DNA of 28,839 bases, taken from contig CAZHRF010000040.1 of assembly GCA_964534625.1 (NCBI GenBank), positions 1-28,839 on the forward strand, read 5' to 3'. The number at the start of each line of letters is the position of its first letter. Position 1 is the stretch's first letter. Made by a program: the position numbers and the translations under genes. Below are positions 6,897-18,800 of this stretch, piece after piece. The notes under the pieces were generated by a model, which did no database searches, was not told the origin of the DNA, and worked only from the letters and a program-made list of their open reading frames with translations. Source of the stretch: an uncultured archaeon (GTDB taxonomy: Archaea > Asgardarchaeota > Heimdallarchaeia > Heimdallarchaeales > Heimdallarchaeaceae).

Positions 6897-9800
6897 GTGT
6901 CTAATTCCGAAACAAAAACAAAAAAAATGAGTGCAGCAGCATTTTTTAACGATAACCGAGCCATTGCTGGATTTGGCAATTCTATGCGAGCTGTTTTCAC
7001 TAGCATAAGAGAATTAGTTGAAAATGGTTTGGATGCTGCTGAAAACAGAGGTATTAATCCTAAAATTACAGTTGAATTGCGAAGACTCTCTAGTGACGAA
7101 ATTAAGGAATTGCTTGACATTAGAGAGCATCAAAAACTCGAAAAACATATAGACTTTCTTCAACTTACTTGTAGAGACAATGGGATTGGAGTTTCTGGTA
7201 ATCAAATTGCTGATTTGTTTGGTCGTGTCCTTACTGGTACAAAATATGGGGTAATTCAAACTAGGGGGAGATTTGGTTTAGGAGCTAAAATGTGTCTCCT
7301 TTATTCCATGTCTTCAGTAGACTTACCTGCAAAAATAACCAGTCGTTATTTCATGAATGATATAACACATGAAGTTCATTTAATGATTAACTTAGAGAAA
7401 AATGAACCCATTATAATGGAACAAAAAGAGTATTTGGAAGGTCATCCTAAGTATTTAAATGAACCTGGTACTGAAATTCAGATTTCTTTCACCGGTGCAT
7501 GGAATCTTGCCAAGAATAGTATCAAAGAATATTTCAGACAATTAGCTATTATTACTCCTTATGCTTCATTTGAAATAAAACTCCCTAGTGATGATGATAA
7601 TCAAGAATTTGATGTTTTGGAATATGATTATGTTGTTGAAGATATGCCCCCTCATCCTAAAGTAGTGAAAATACATCCTTACGGATGCGACATTACTCAA
7701 TTTAAAGCTGAACTGTCAGGCACTGATGCAAAAACGCTTACAGAGTTTCTTTCAACACATTTTATGGGAGTAAATGAACGAGTTGCGGAAGGATTCTTTC
7801 ATTTGCTTGAAATTGACCCAAATAAAAACCCCAATGATTTATCTACTAATGAGATCAGGCGTATTGTTCATGAGGGGTTCGTTAAAGCCTATCAAGAAGC
7901 AAAAGATGTAAAAAGAAAAAGAGATAGAATTTTTCAATTTGATGCTCCAAAAGGTGATGCACTTTCTCCATTAGGGGCAAACAGACTTAAGAAGGGATTA
8001 GAAAAAGAATTAGAACCTGTTTTTGTTGAAGCTATCTCTAGACCACCCAAGGCATATTCAGGACACCCATTTATTGTTGAAGCAGCAGTAGGATATGGAG
8101 GTGGAGTGAATAAGGCAGCTCAATCTCGCAGTAGTTATTCATCAGATAACAAAATTATCTACAGATATGCCAATCGCATACCCTTAATTTTCGGGGCAGG
8201 AAATGACGTAATTACAAAAGTTGTTAACTCTATTAAGTGGAATGAATATGGACTAACACGGCAGTCTGATCCGTTGTCTATAGCAGTATCAGTTGTTAGT
8301 ACAAAAATTCCTTTTCCTGAAACCAGCAAAGAATATATTTCCTCTACACCCGAATTAGAAGAAGAAATTCGATTAGCCCTTCAACAGTTAGGAAGAAGAT
8401 TAAAGACCTACTTAGGAAGAGCAAAGCGCAAACGCAGAGAAAATGTTAGACTTTCTCGTTTTGTCAAATCTGCACCAGTCGTAATTGAAAATCTTGTACG
8501 GATCCTTGATGATGAGAAAATAACTTTTACAGACTTAAAACAAGAAATAATGATTACTTCTGCAGCATTAGCACATGGAACACAAAAAAAAGTGAAACTG
8601 TTTAAACCTCTTGGTACAGATATCTTTCAAGCAAATATTTGGTGTTCCGAGGATATACAAGAAAAACTCCATAATAATAGCATAAGTTCCATAGGCCGTT
8701 TTCTTTATACAGACGGATCTGTTTTATCAAAGTTGATAGATGTTTCTCAGGTAGATATCTCTGATATCAAACGTAGAACGATCTACGAATTTGATAAAGC
8801 AGAAATGTCCCCACCATTATTTAATAGATATTTAATACCCAGACAAATAGAAAAACGCTTTAAAAAGAAAAAATCTGATAAATCAAAATCTCTCAAAGAA
8901 TCGCTATATAAACGATGGATTCAAAATAGTTACCATTATTTAGCAACATCAGAAGTGAAGCTAGGAAGAGTCAATGGTTTATTGGAAAGATTGCTGGAAA
9001 CAAAAAAGAATGAGTTGCTCGAGAGACACATAGAAAATAAAAGTCAACACATTGAGCAGCATAAAGACAAGCCAATTCAAAAAGGAACCTTGGATAATTA
9101 TCTTAAACGAGAAGAAAAAGATGAGATGAAAGAAAAAACTAAAATACCAGATGATATTGAATCGTTAGATAAATTATCAGTAAAACACATTTTTCCTTCA
9201 TTTGAATGGTTGAAAGAAAATACAGAAAGCATACAACCAAATCAGACCCTTGAAGAATTTATTTTTGATATAAAACGCCCAAATTCCACAAGATATTATG
9301 AAGATTTAACAAAATCAATTATAGATCATATTGTTAAGGTTTTTACACAATTATCGGAAAAATTTCCTGAATTTGAAAAAATCATTGTAACTAAAATGTC
9401 TCCTGATTGGATGGATGGATATACTAAGAATGCTTTTCATAGAAGAAATATTGAGACTGTCTCTGATTTTATCAATTTTCCTTTAGAAGATCTTATTGAA
9501 ATTAGAGAGATGGAGAGGAGCCTCTATGCAGATTATATTTCTTATTTAGGTAATCAACAATCAATTTCTTTAACAGAATTAGGTATTTCTGATAAAGAAG
9601 AGGAATTATCAAAAGAGATAAAGATGGTTTATTCGTTTCTTAAGAAGAACAACATTCATACCCTTGCCAAATTTCTTTCTCTTCCTATTATTTCCGTTTA
9701 TGAGAAGAGATTTGACAAACTTGCTTTATTTCTATTGGATGAATCAAAGGTTCGTATTTTGGACTATATTAAGAAAAAAGAAGAAAGATATGATTTATCT

Positions 9801-12800
9801 CATATTAAAATGATTCCTAGAGACTTAGAAATAGCTTTAAGGAAGAACCAAATTTTTACTACAACAGAATTTTTATCCACATCCATCACAACCCTTAGGG
9901 ATGATCTTAATTTTACTAAAAAAGAAGTAATTAGAATAAAAAATCTCATAGGTACAGAATTACCTAACTGGATAGAAAACAAGACATTACTAAGTAAACT
10001 TGGTATTAATTCGCTTGAAGAAATTTTTTACAGTTCGCCTGAAAAATATGATTTAGAAGCAGAAGATAAAAAAGATTATTTGAAGAATTTAAAAGTTCTA
10101 AGGACTCCAATTGTATTTGCACTTCCTGAATTGCGACCCGAAGCATATTTTCTAAAGAAAGTGGGTATAAACTGTGTTGGGCGTTTTCTAATCTGGCCTA
10201 ATATCGACCTAGCAGAGATATTAGAGACAAGTGTTGAAAATATCCTAAAATTGAAAGAAAAAATAGATCCAACCACATTTCAGCAAAATATCGATAATTT
10301 TGGCAAAGACTTATCGATTATTAAACATCTTTATCCACGTTTGTACAAATATTTTGAAGGACATAACATTTCTCTTCAAGAACTATTTTATCTGTATCCC
10401 ACAGAAAAACTGCCTTTAGATGAAAATAGTTGGGAAAGGATATCTCATTTAAACTACCTAGCCCAAAAAGATATTTTAGAGATTGTAAATCATATAAACA
10501 TTAGTTCTAGAAAAAAATCACAACTAAGACAAGCACTGCTCCATCTCAAGGGAAGAAATTACCTCACTATAAGATCATTGTTAGATACCCATCCAGATGT
10601 TTTAAGGAAAGAACTACCCAGAAAATCTATCAGAAAGCCAGTCTTGGAGATCTACTCGAAACTAAAAAGTCCAAAAGCATCAAAAGAAGAGTTTACAAAT
10701 GATATCCTCCTAGTAGGAGAATATGATGATTTCCTTCAATCTTTTGCACTTCCTACATTAAGAATTAATGGTTTAGATATTCACGATTGTGATAACCTTA
10801 TGCTTAATGGTATCGTTTCCATTCAACAAATGTTCGATTATAACACAGTCAAATTGTCTGATATCACAGGTCGTACACAAAAAGAGATACAAGATATATT
10901 AAGTGAAATTCAAATAACTAAAAAATGGGCACCATTCTTTACTCGAAAAGGTCGTACAGGATATGAATCGCTTATATTTTTTGATTTTGAAGAATCTGAA
11001 CGTTTTTCATCTGATGAAATTGAATCGCTCATTAATTGTGGCTATTCTTCTGTAGATGAGTTATTTTATTTAACTAACAAGTTAACATTTTCGTCTCCGG
11101 TGGTAAAATGGGAAGTTATTCATAAATTCAAGCAATTACTTAGATCTCCCCTTACACTTGTCAGTTGGGAAGAAAAAATAGTTAAAAAAATCACGAATGA
11201 AGAGACAGGGGAAGAGGAGGAAGTGGAAGATACCAAACATATTACGCTTTCTACCCCTCAACTGAATACACTAAGAGAAGAAAATATAACAAGAATAATT
11301 GACTTGTTGTTCACAAAGTCCGATAGAATAGCTAAAATACTTAATATCGGTGTAGAAAAAGCTTCAAAATTGCAAAGAAATGTTAGAATATCTGATACGG
11401 GTATAAATCTAGCTGATTTTAGTATATTCAAACCAGAAATCATTAAACAACTTGAAAACATAAACATCGTAACAATTGAGGATTTATATTTTTCAACAGC
11501 ACAAGATAAGTGGAAACTGGATAATATTCCTTGGAGCATAATAGAGACGTTTAAGAAGATACTGAATCTTCCTCTTATCAACCTTAAAGATATGCTAGAT
11601 GCTGAGATAATTGATTCTTTAACTAAAGCCAATATATCTACCTTACTCGGATTTCTTTTATCATCTCCAAAACATCTAATGCAAAAAACGGGGATCCCTG
11701 ACGAAAGATTTGAGAATATCCGAAGTGGTTTAGATCTCTCCGAACTTTACAAATATTTCTCTCTACCAATCTATTATTTACCTGAAGTTAGTTTTGATCT
11801 GACTGAAGAGTTACATGAAAATGAAATAACACATATCATCGATTTTATAGACAAAAATTCTTCCGTATTAGGAAGGATAATTAACAGTGGTGAAAAAAGG
11901 GTTGAAATTGGCGACCTTAAAGATTCATTAACAGTAAACAAGATTTTTGGTAGATATGAAGAATTGGGCATTTTTGCTTTTGAAACAAAACTTTTCGATA
12001 AGAACGAGCAACGCAAACTTAGTCGTGACTCTATTTTCATGTTCGAAGGGCTTCAAACAATACAAGAAATCTATTATTTAGTAGAAAAAAGTTATTATCA
12101 ACTGAACCTTGACTTATGGAATAAGATATCTGCTATTAAAAACATTATGGGACTTCCTCTCCGAATGTTTTCAGAGATATCAGATTATTCTATGGAGATT
12201 TTGAAGAATAATAATATTACCTTAGTATATCAATTATTATTTATTCCGGATGGGGATATAACTGAAGATGAATTGTTGTATGATAATGTATCAACCTACT
12301 CTTCTACTTTAATCGATTTTAGGTCATTTCATTATTTTGGCCATATACCTGCAAGGGTTTATAATGCTGAGTTTCTTAAGGATTATGTTGAAAATTTTGA
12401 AGACGTTGCGTTGCTAGATGCCATAACGTCTAAGAAACTGATTGATCATTTTGCGAATAAAGAGAGACAATTTATCATAGAAAAAGTTAATATTAATCTC
12501 ATACGTTCTTTGTTAGAATTACCTCTACAAGTTAGTCCTTTCATAGAACAAATTAGCACAGAGATGAAACCCGAATTATCTACAACAAAGATAGGTGAAC
12601 TATTCACAGATCAATACGATGAGTTTTCAGCAATTGCAAAGATACGAGAACAACTAAAAGAGTACAATGCATTCAATGTCTTAATCCGAGATATTTCATT
12701 TCCTGTCGTTAATCTGGGATTGGAAGGAGACGCAGCTCTAAAACTGAGTAAAGCATCAATTAATACACTCATCGAATTTTATTCTACACCCATAAAAACA

Positions 12801-15800
12801 TTAGCGGATATAGCGGATGTCTCCCAAAAATATATTAGAGAAACAAAAGAACAGATGATTTATTCTGAACTTGTTTCTATACACGAAGAAAGATCTCATC
12901 CTATAAACGAAAGCTCAATAATATCTCAAGAACAAATTAACAAATTAAATGAAATAGGGATTAACTCTATTGAAAGATTCTATTTCTCTTCTCAACTAAT
13001 TGGGGTTGCAGACATTTTATCCTTGGAAGATTATAAATTAGTTAAAGAAATATTATCTGGTTCTTTAAGATTCATTAGTTTTCTTTCTTTTGAGGAATAT
13101 CAGCGATTAGAAGAACACAATATGAATTCTATTATTGACCTATCATTGTTAACAAAACAAAAGCTATTCACTATTACAAATAATATGATTTACCAAGAGT
13201 TTCATATTTTAGATCTAATATCTTTTGATGAGATAGCAATAAAGAGAGAGAAAACAGCCATTCCTCTTACTGCTTGTCCATCCATAAAAGAAGATTATTT
13301 AGAAAAAATAACTAATATAGGTATTCACTCCATTCAAGATTTTATTTCACGAATGGATGAAATAAGAGAATCGCATCCAAATCTAGTTAACCTTAATATA
13401 TTTAAAGAAGTGGAATTATTCAATTCGTCTATTGCTTTTCTCCCACTTCCGATTAAAGATAAGAATAAACTCCTATATTCAGGTTTAGGTGATATTCTCA
13501 CATTTGTTACAGAAGATCCTTCAACTATCAGTTTGATTCTTGACTCGTCTGAGAAACAAATAAAGAAAATAAAGAATAAAATCTCTGTAGATACCCTCAA
13601 GAAACAAATAGAGAATAATGGAATCATACTTGATAATTTTAACCTTCTTACTCCCAACAAAACAAGATCATTATTACGTAGCGGAAAAAAGACAGTACAA
13701 GATTTATATGCTGCTTATTATCAAGCAGGTGTTGTTACGGATGTTTCAGAAACATATCTAGAGAGCTTCATAAAAGATTGCGAGAGTTCTATTTATTGTA
13801 TAGATGAACTCGAATTTACAGTTAAAACGCTTCTTGCTAAAAATGATATTCTACGAGTAATTGATCTGATAAATAGTGATATATCTAATATACTTAAAGA
13901 GTGTATTCCAGAAAGTCACAAAACACTTATGGAAGCAAAACAAGGGACAATCACTTTAAATAAAGGCAACAATATCACTATTGATGAGGAATATATAAAC
14001 CAACTTAAGACTTTCAAACTAGAGCTGGAAAATTTGACAGTAGAATCAATTTATGCTTTTATTCCTCAGTATCTCAAAGAATACTCCGAAACAATTCAGA
14101 TAGAAAAAATAAAGGAGATAACATTACTTTCAAAACTAATTAGTACTTTATCCAAATCGATTTTAGCCATAGACGAGTTTTCATTGAAAACTAAAACTGA
14201 GCTTTGGGCATTAGGTATAAGGAATATTATTGAAATTTTTGTACTTCCACATGAAAAATTACTGAATATTGAATTTTCGGCTCGAAAAGAAGTGAGAGAA
14301 TTTGTTAATACAATCTCTATAAACAAATTGCTATCAATTATACTTCCTAGCAATTTATCACACACTAATGCTGAAATTCAAAATAAACTGCAATCTTATA
14401 ATATCAATAACCATCTAGAATTGTTTAACTTCATTCCCCACACACTTCTATATTTAGAAGAGGAATTATACTCCTTTATTAAACATGTTAGTGCACATCT
14501 TTTATATCCTATCATCTGGGTAAAGCCCATTTTAGAACTGGAACATCATATGATCAAAAGTATAGTGGAGAATGGTGGGGGGAATATCCTTTCTGCTTTG
14601 AGCTTACTTTCTTTTGGTGATAACTGGGATAATACCCTATATGAAAAGAAAAAAGAGCAACTTATCAAAAGTATATATAGCACTCTAGATGAAGTCAAAC
14701 CTCCGAAATGGACCATTAAAATCGCAGATACTTGTTTATTAGATAATTACAATTTAGGAAATAAAAAAACCAAAATTAATGAATTTTACATTTCTGAATT
14801 GTTTACTTTTAGTAGTCTTTTCCAACAAGATATAAGTTTAGCAGAAGAAGTACAAAAAATAGTTACGAATTTAGAGACAATACCTATTTCTTTTGTTGAT
14901 GATCTAACAAAAGAGCAATGTAGAACACTTTTGGAACTTAATTTCTCAAATTTGTCATTGTTTCTCTTTTATCCTGTTCCGTTGTTATCCAAAATTTTAG
15001 ATGTTTCAGAAGAGAAAATTTCTCAAATTAAAAAGAATATCAACTTAAAAGACTTGAATAGTAGAAATAAAAAATTTGGAATAGATATTGCATTACTCGA
15101 TTCTATTTCAGAAACTACAAAAAACAAACTAAAAACTACAGGGTTTGAATCTATTTATCAACTCATTAGTGTAGATTTAAATACAGTGGATTTATCTAAA
15201 GAAGAAAGAGAGAAAGTAGAAAAATCATTCTCTATTCTTTATACACCCATGATACTAGCAGCCAAAAGGTTCAATATAAAAGATAAGGAAATAAAAAGAT
15301 TACATGCCCAATCCCTTTATACCTATTATGATCTTTTAAATCTTCCAATACTTGAATGGAAAAAACTATTAAAACCTTTGTTTGATTCAGCAGATAAAGA
15401 CAACAAACAATTCATCAAAGAACTAGAATTAGCATCTAAAGATGGCATGGACATAATAAAACTTGATCTTCCAAAAAGGTCAACAGAACAATTACAAAAT
15501 ATAGGATTGGATACAATTGAACACTTCTGTTATGCTCCTGTTGAATATATAGCTGATAGAACATATTTACAAGAAGACGCAGTTACAGAGTTAAAATCAA
15601 AACTTTTCAAAAGTTTGGCATTTTTGCAAGAATTATCACCCCAGACTATAATATATGCATATAACCAGAAAATTTATACAGTTATAGATCTTGTGAATCA
15701 TTATCACGATCTACCAGAAAAAATACAAAAGGAAGTAGAACCAGCTATAGAATCGATCCGTGATGTTAATATATTATGTTTTAAAGAAGATAAAAAAGAT

Positions 15801-18800
15801 GTTGAACAACGTTTAATTAGTGCAGGATATCAATCATATAAAGACGTACTCTGTGATCCTCAAATACTACAAAAGAAAGAAGTGTATTCAAGCATAGCAC
15901 CCTATTTACTTGCAAATATAAGATTTCTAAACATAGATAAAAAGACTGAATCAAAATTAAGAGAAAATGGGTTCCATACTATAGCTGATCTCATTATTTT
16001 ATCACCTTCATTTGTGGGTAAAAATGCAAGAATTAAGATAGCTGATATCACCAAACTAGTCTCAACAATAAATATTGCAGATATTCAAAAGAATATCGAA
16101 CAAGAACAAAATAAACATTTTACTGATTTAGAATTTGTCTCTAACAAAAATCAAGAAACACTCAAATCCATGGGGATATATTCATACGAGGATTTACGCA
16201 ATATTAGAGATTACCCTTGGTTATATAATACTAAAGAATTAGAAAAAGTTACTGTGCAAATAGAAAAAATTCTAAAAGTATCTATTCTAAATTGTCCTCA
16301 AATCTACGCTCTGTCTATTGTTGATATTGAACAAATGTTTTATTCAAATAATGTTTACAAACTAAAAGATCTATTAATTAGTACAACTTCAGTTAACAGA
16401 GATGAATTGGATGATTTCATTCAGAATATCGATGTTTTTCAAGAAAAGAAAGAAGAAAAATATATTCAGATGAACATCTTCCTTCAGGATATTTCCCCTT
16501 CTGATTTATTTACCAAAGATGTAGACATTACAGGAGAATATCTAATAGATCTCATTTCAACAATTTTTGAGAACACAGCTACACTTTCAGAAAAAGGAAA
16601 GTTTCTTCATAAAATACTAAAAACTCCTATAACAATAATTACCAAATTAGATCAACACCAAATTTCTAAACTGAAAGAAAATAATATACAAGTAATAGCT
16701 GATTTATTTGTAAAACCAGCAGAATATATTCAAAATATTCTTAGTAAGAAACTTTCTAAACATATTGAAACCATGCTTCCAAAACTAGATATGACAACTC
16801 TACAAAAATATTTCGAGAAAAGAGTGAAAACCACGGATCTTGTTTTCTTATCCGAAAAGGTTTTAGAAGAAGTAACAAATGAGTTTGATATCATTGATCA
16901 ATTATATTTAGCAATTAATAGTGATAAATCCCCATTTAATAAGTCTGTTACTACAAATATTATGAAAAAATTGGATGAATCCCTTCTATTAGTTAAGATT
17001 CCTAAATTGACTATAGATAATTGGATCAAGCTACATGAAACTATTCCTACTGTAAAAGACTTTCTAATGTCCCATCCTCATCGACTGGCAGATGTATGCG
17101 GACTTGATGAACAAGCAATTCTTTCTCTACAAAAAAGTATTACTGATGGTCAATTTATCCGTGCTCCCAGAATAAGTAAAAATAAAATATTCACAGGTAC
17201 TTGTGTATTAAGGTTAAAAGAAGAAGGGATCATTGATTATCCATCTTTATTCTCTTTTGCATCCAACAATTCTAATTTAACCATTAAACTCAAACATCAA
17301 ATCAATTTTGTTACAGGATATGATTTAAATGAATTTGATAGATATAATCTATCTCTTACTTTGAAAGATCTTATTTTCTTATCCTATCACATTGATGAAT
17401 TAACAGATACGGACAAAAAATTAAATGAACTCAAGGAAATGATTGATGTTTTTCTATCAGATGGTAAAGGTTTAGAGGAAATCTTTCCCGAGTTAGATGA
17501 GAAGCAGTTAGAAGAAATTGGATATTATACAATCGAATTTTTATTAATACTTCATGAAAATAATACAGAGATATTTGAGGAGATACTTAATTTATTCGAT
17601 GATAACATTTCAACTCTCATATTAAATTTAATAGACGATTTGTCCCGTCATCCTATTCTTCTTAAAGGTCCTGGATGGGATAACATCAAACTGTTTGAAG
17701 ATCGCCCTTATTCCTCTATTAAAGAGCTCTTTTTCATTCCATCTACTGAATTAAGAGAATTAGATAATTCTTTATATCTTAATTTTAGGAAAATAAATCC
17801 TTCTTTCTTGGAAGAATTAAAAGATGAGCTTGTTACTATTTCTTTACTGTCTTTTGATGAACAAACAATATCGCATTTAGAACGCTATGAGCTTAAATTT
17901 ATCGAGGAAGCACTGATTTATAATATTCAATCAAATTCTCAAACAAGCAAATTATGGCAATATTCGGAAGAGATCCGACGAATCATGTATATGAATCCCT
18001 TACAACTACCTAAAGTTGTTCAAAATGAAATTATTGCGAACGAGGTTGATGAAAAGCATCTTAAGACCATCTATGATTTCATTGTATTTTGCAAGCAAAA
18101 TGATAATAAACAAATACAGAAACAGTTTTCTTCAATATTACAAGACCTTAATCCAGAAAGTATCAATAAATTTGAAGAACAAGAGAGAGAGAGGTTTAAT
18201 AGTTTCATTAAAGATGGTAATCTTATCAATCAGTTGAAAGAAAATAATATTGACAGCATTGGCCTTCTTACACCCTTGATTAACAGCAAACTACCAGATA
18301 CATTAACTGATGAAATTAGAAATCTTATTTCTACACTTACTGCACCTGTGGGATTAATCGTAACTCATTCTACAATCGAAAGTAAATTAAGTAAGCAAGG
18401 AGTAGCGCAAGTTTTTGACTTCACTCAACCTCCAAATAATGATAAATTCTTAGACGTCTATCTTACAGATACTCAAAAACAACGCGTTCTTTCAAAACTG
18501 GAGAATTTAACATATCCTAAACTCTGGGAAGAATTAGAAGACAGAAGTACCCGCTTGGAAAAATGTCTTTTCCTTAAAAAGGAATATTTAGATGCACTTA
18601 GAAGAGTAGGTTATACTCATATCTACCACTTGAATTTACCAGCAGGATTAATATCTACTTACACCAATCTTAATAAATCTGAAGTTCAAGAAATTACAGA
18701 TATACTTTCCTCTCCCATATATTTGCTTAATGACTTATTTATTGGACATCCTCAAGCAATTATGAAATTATATAAACAAGGAATGCTAACGCTAAAAGAC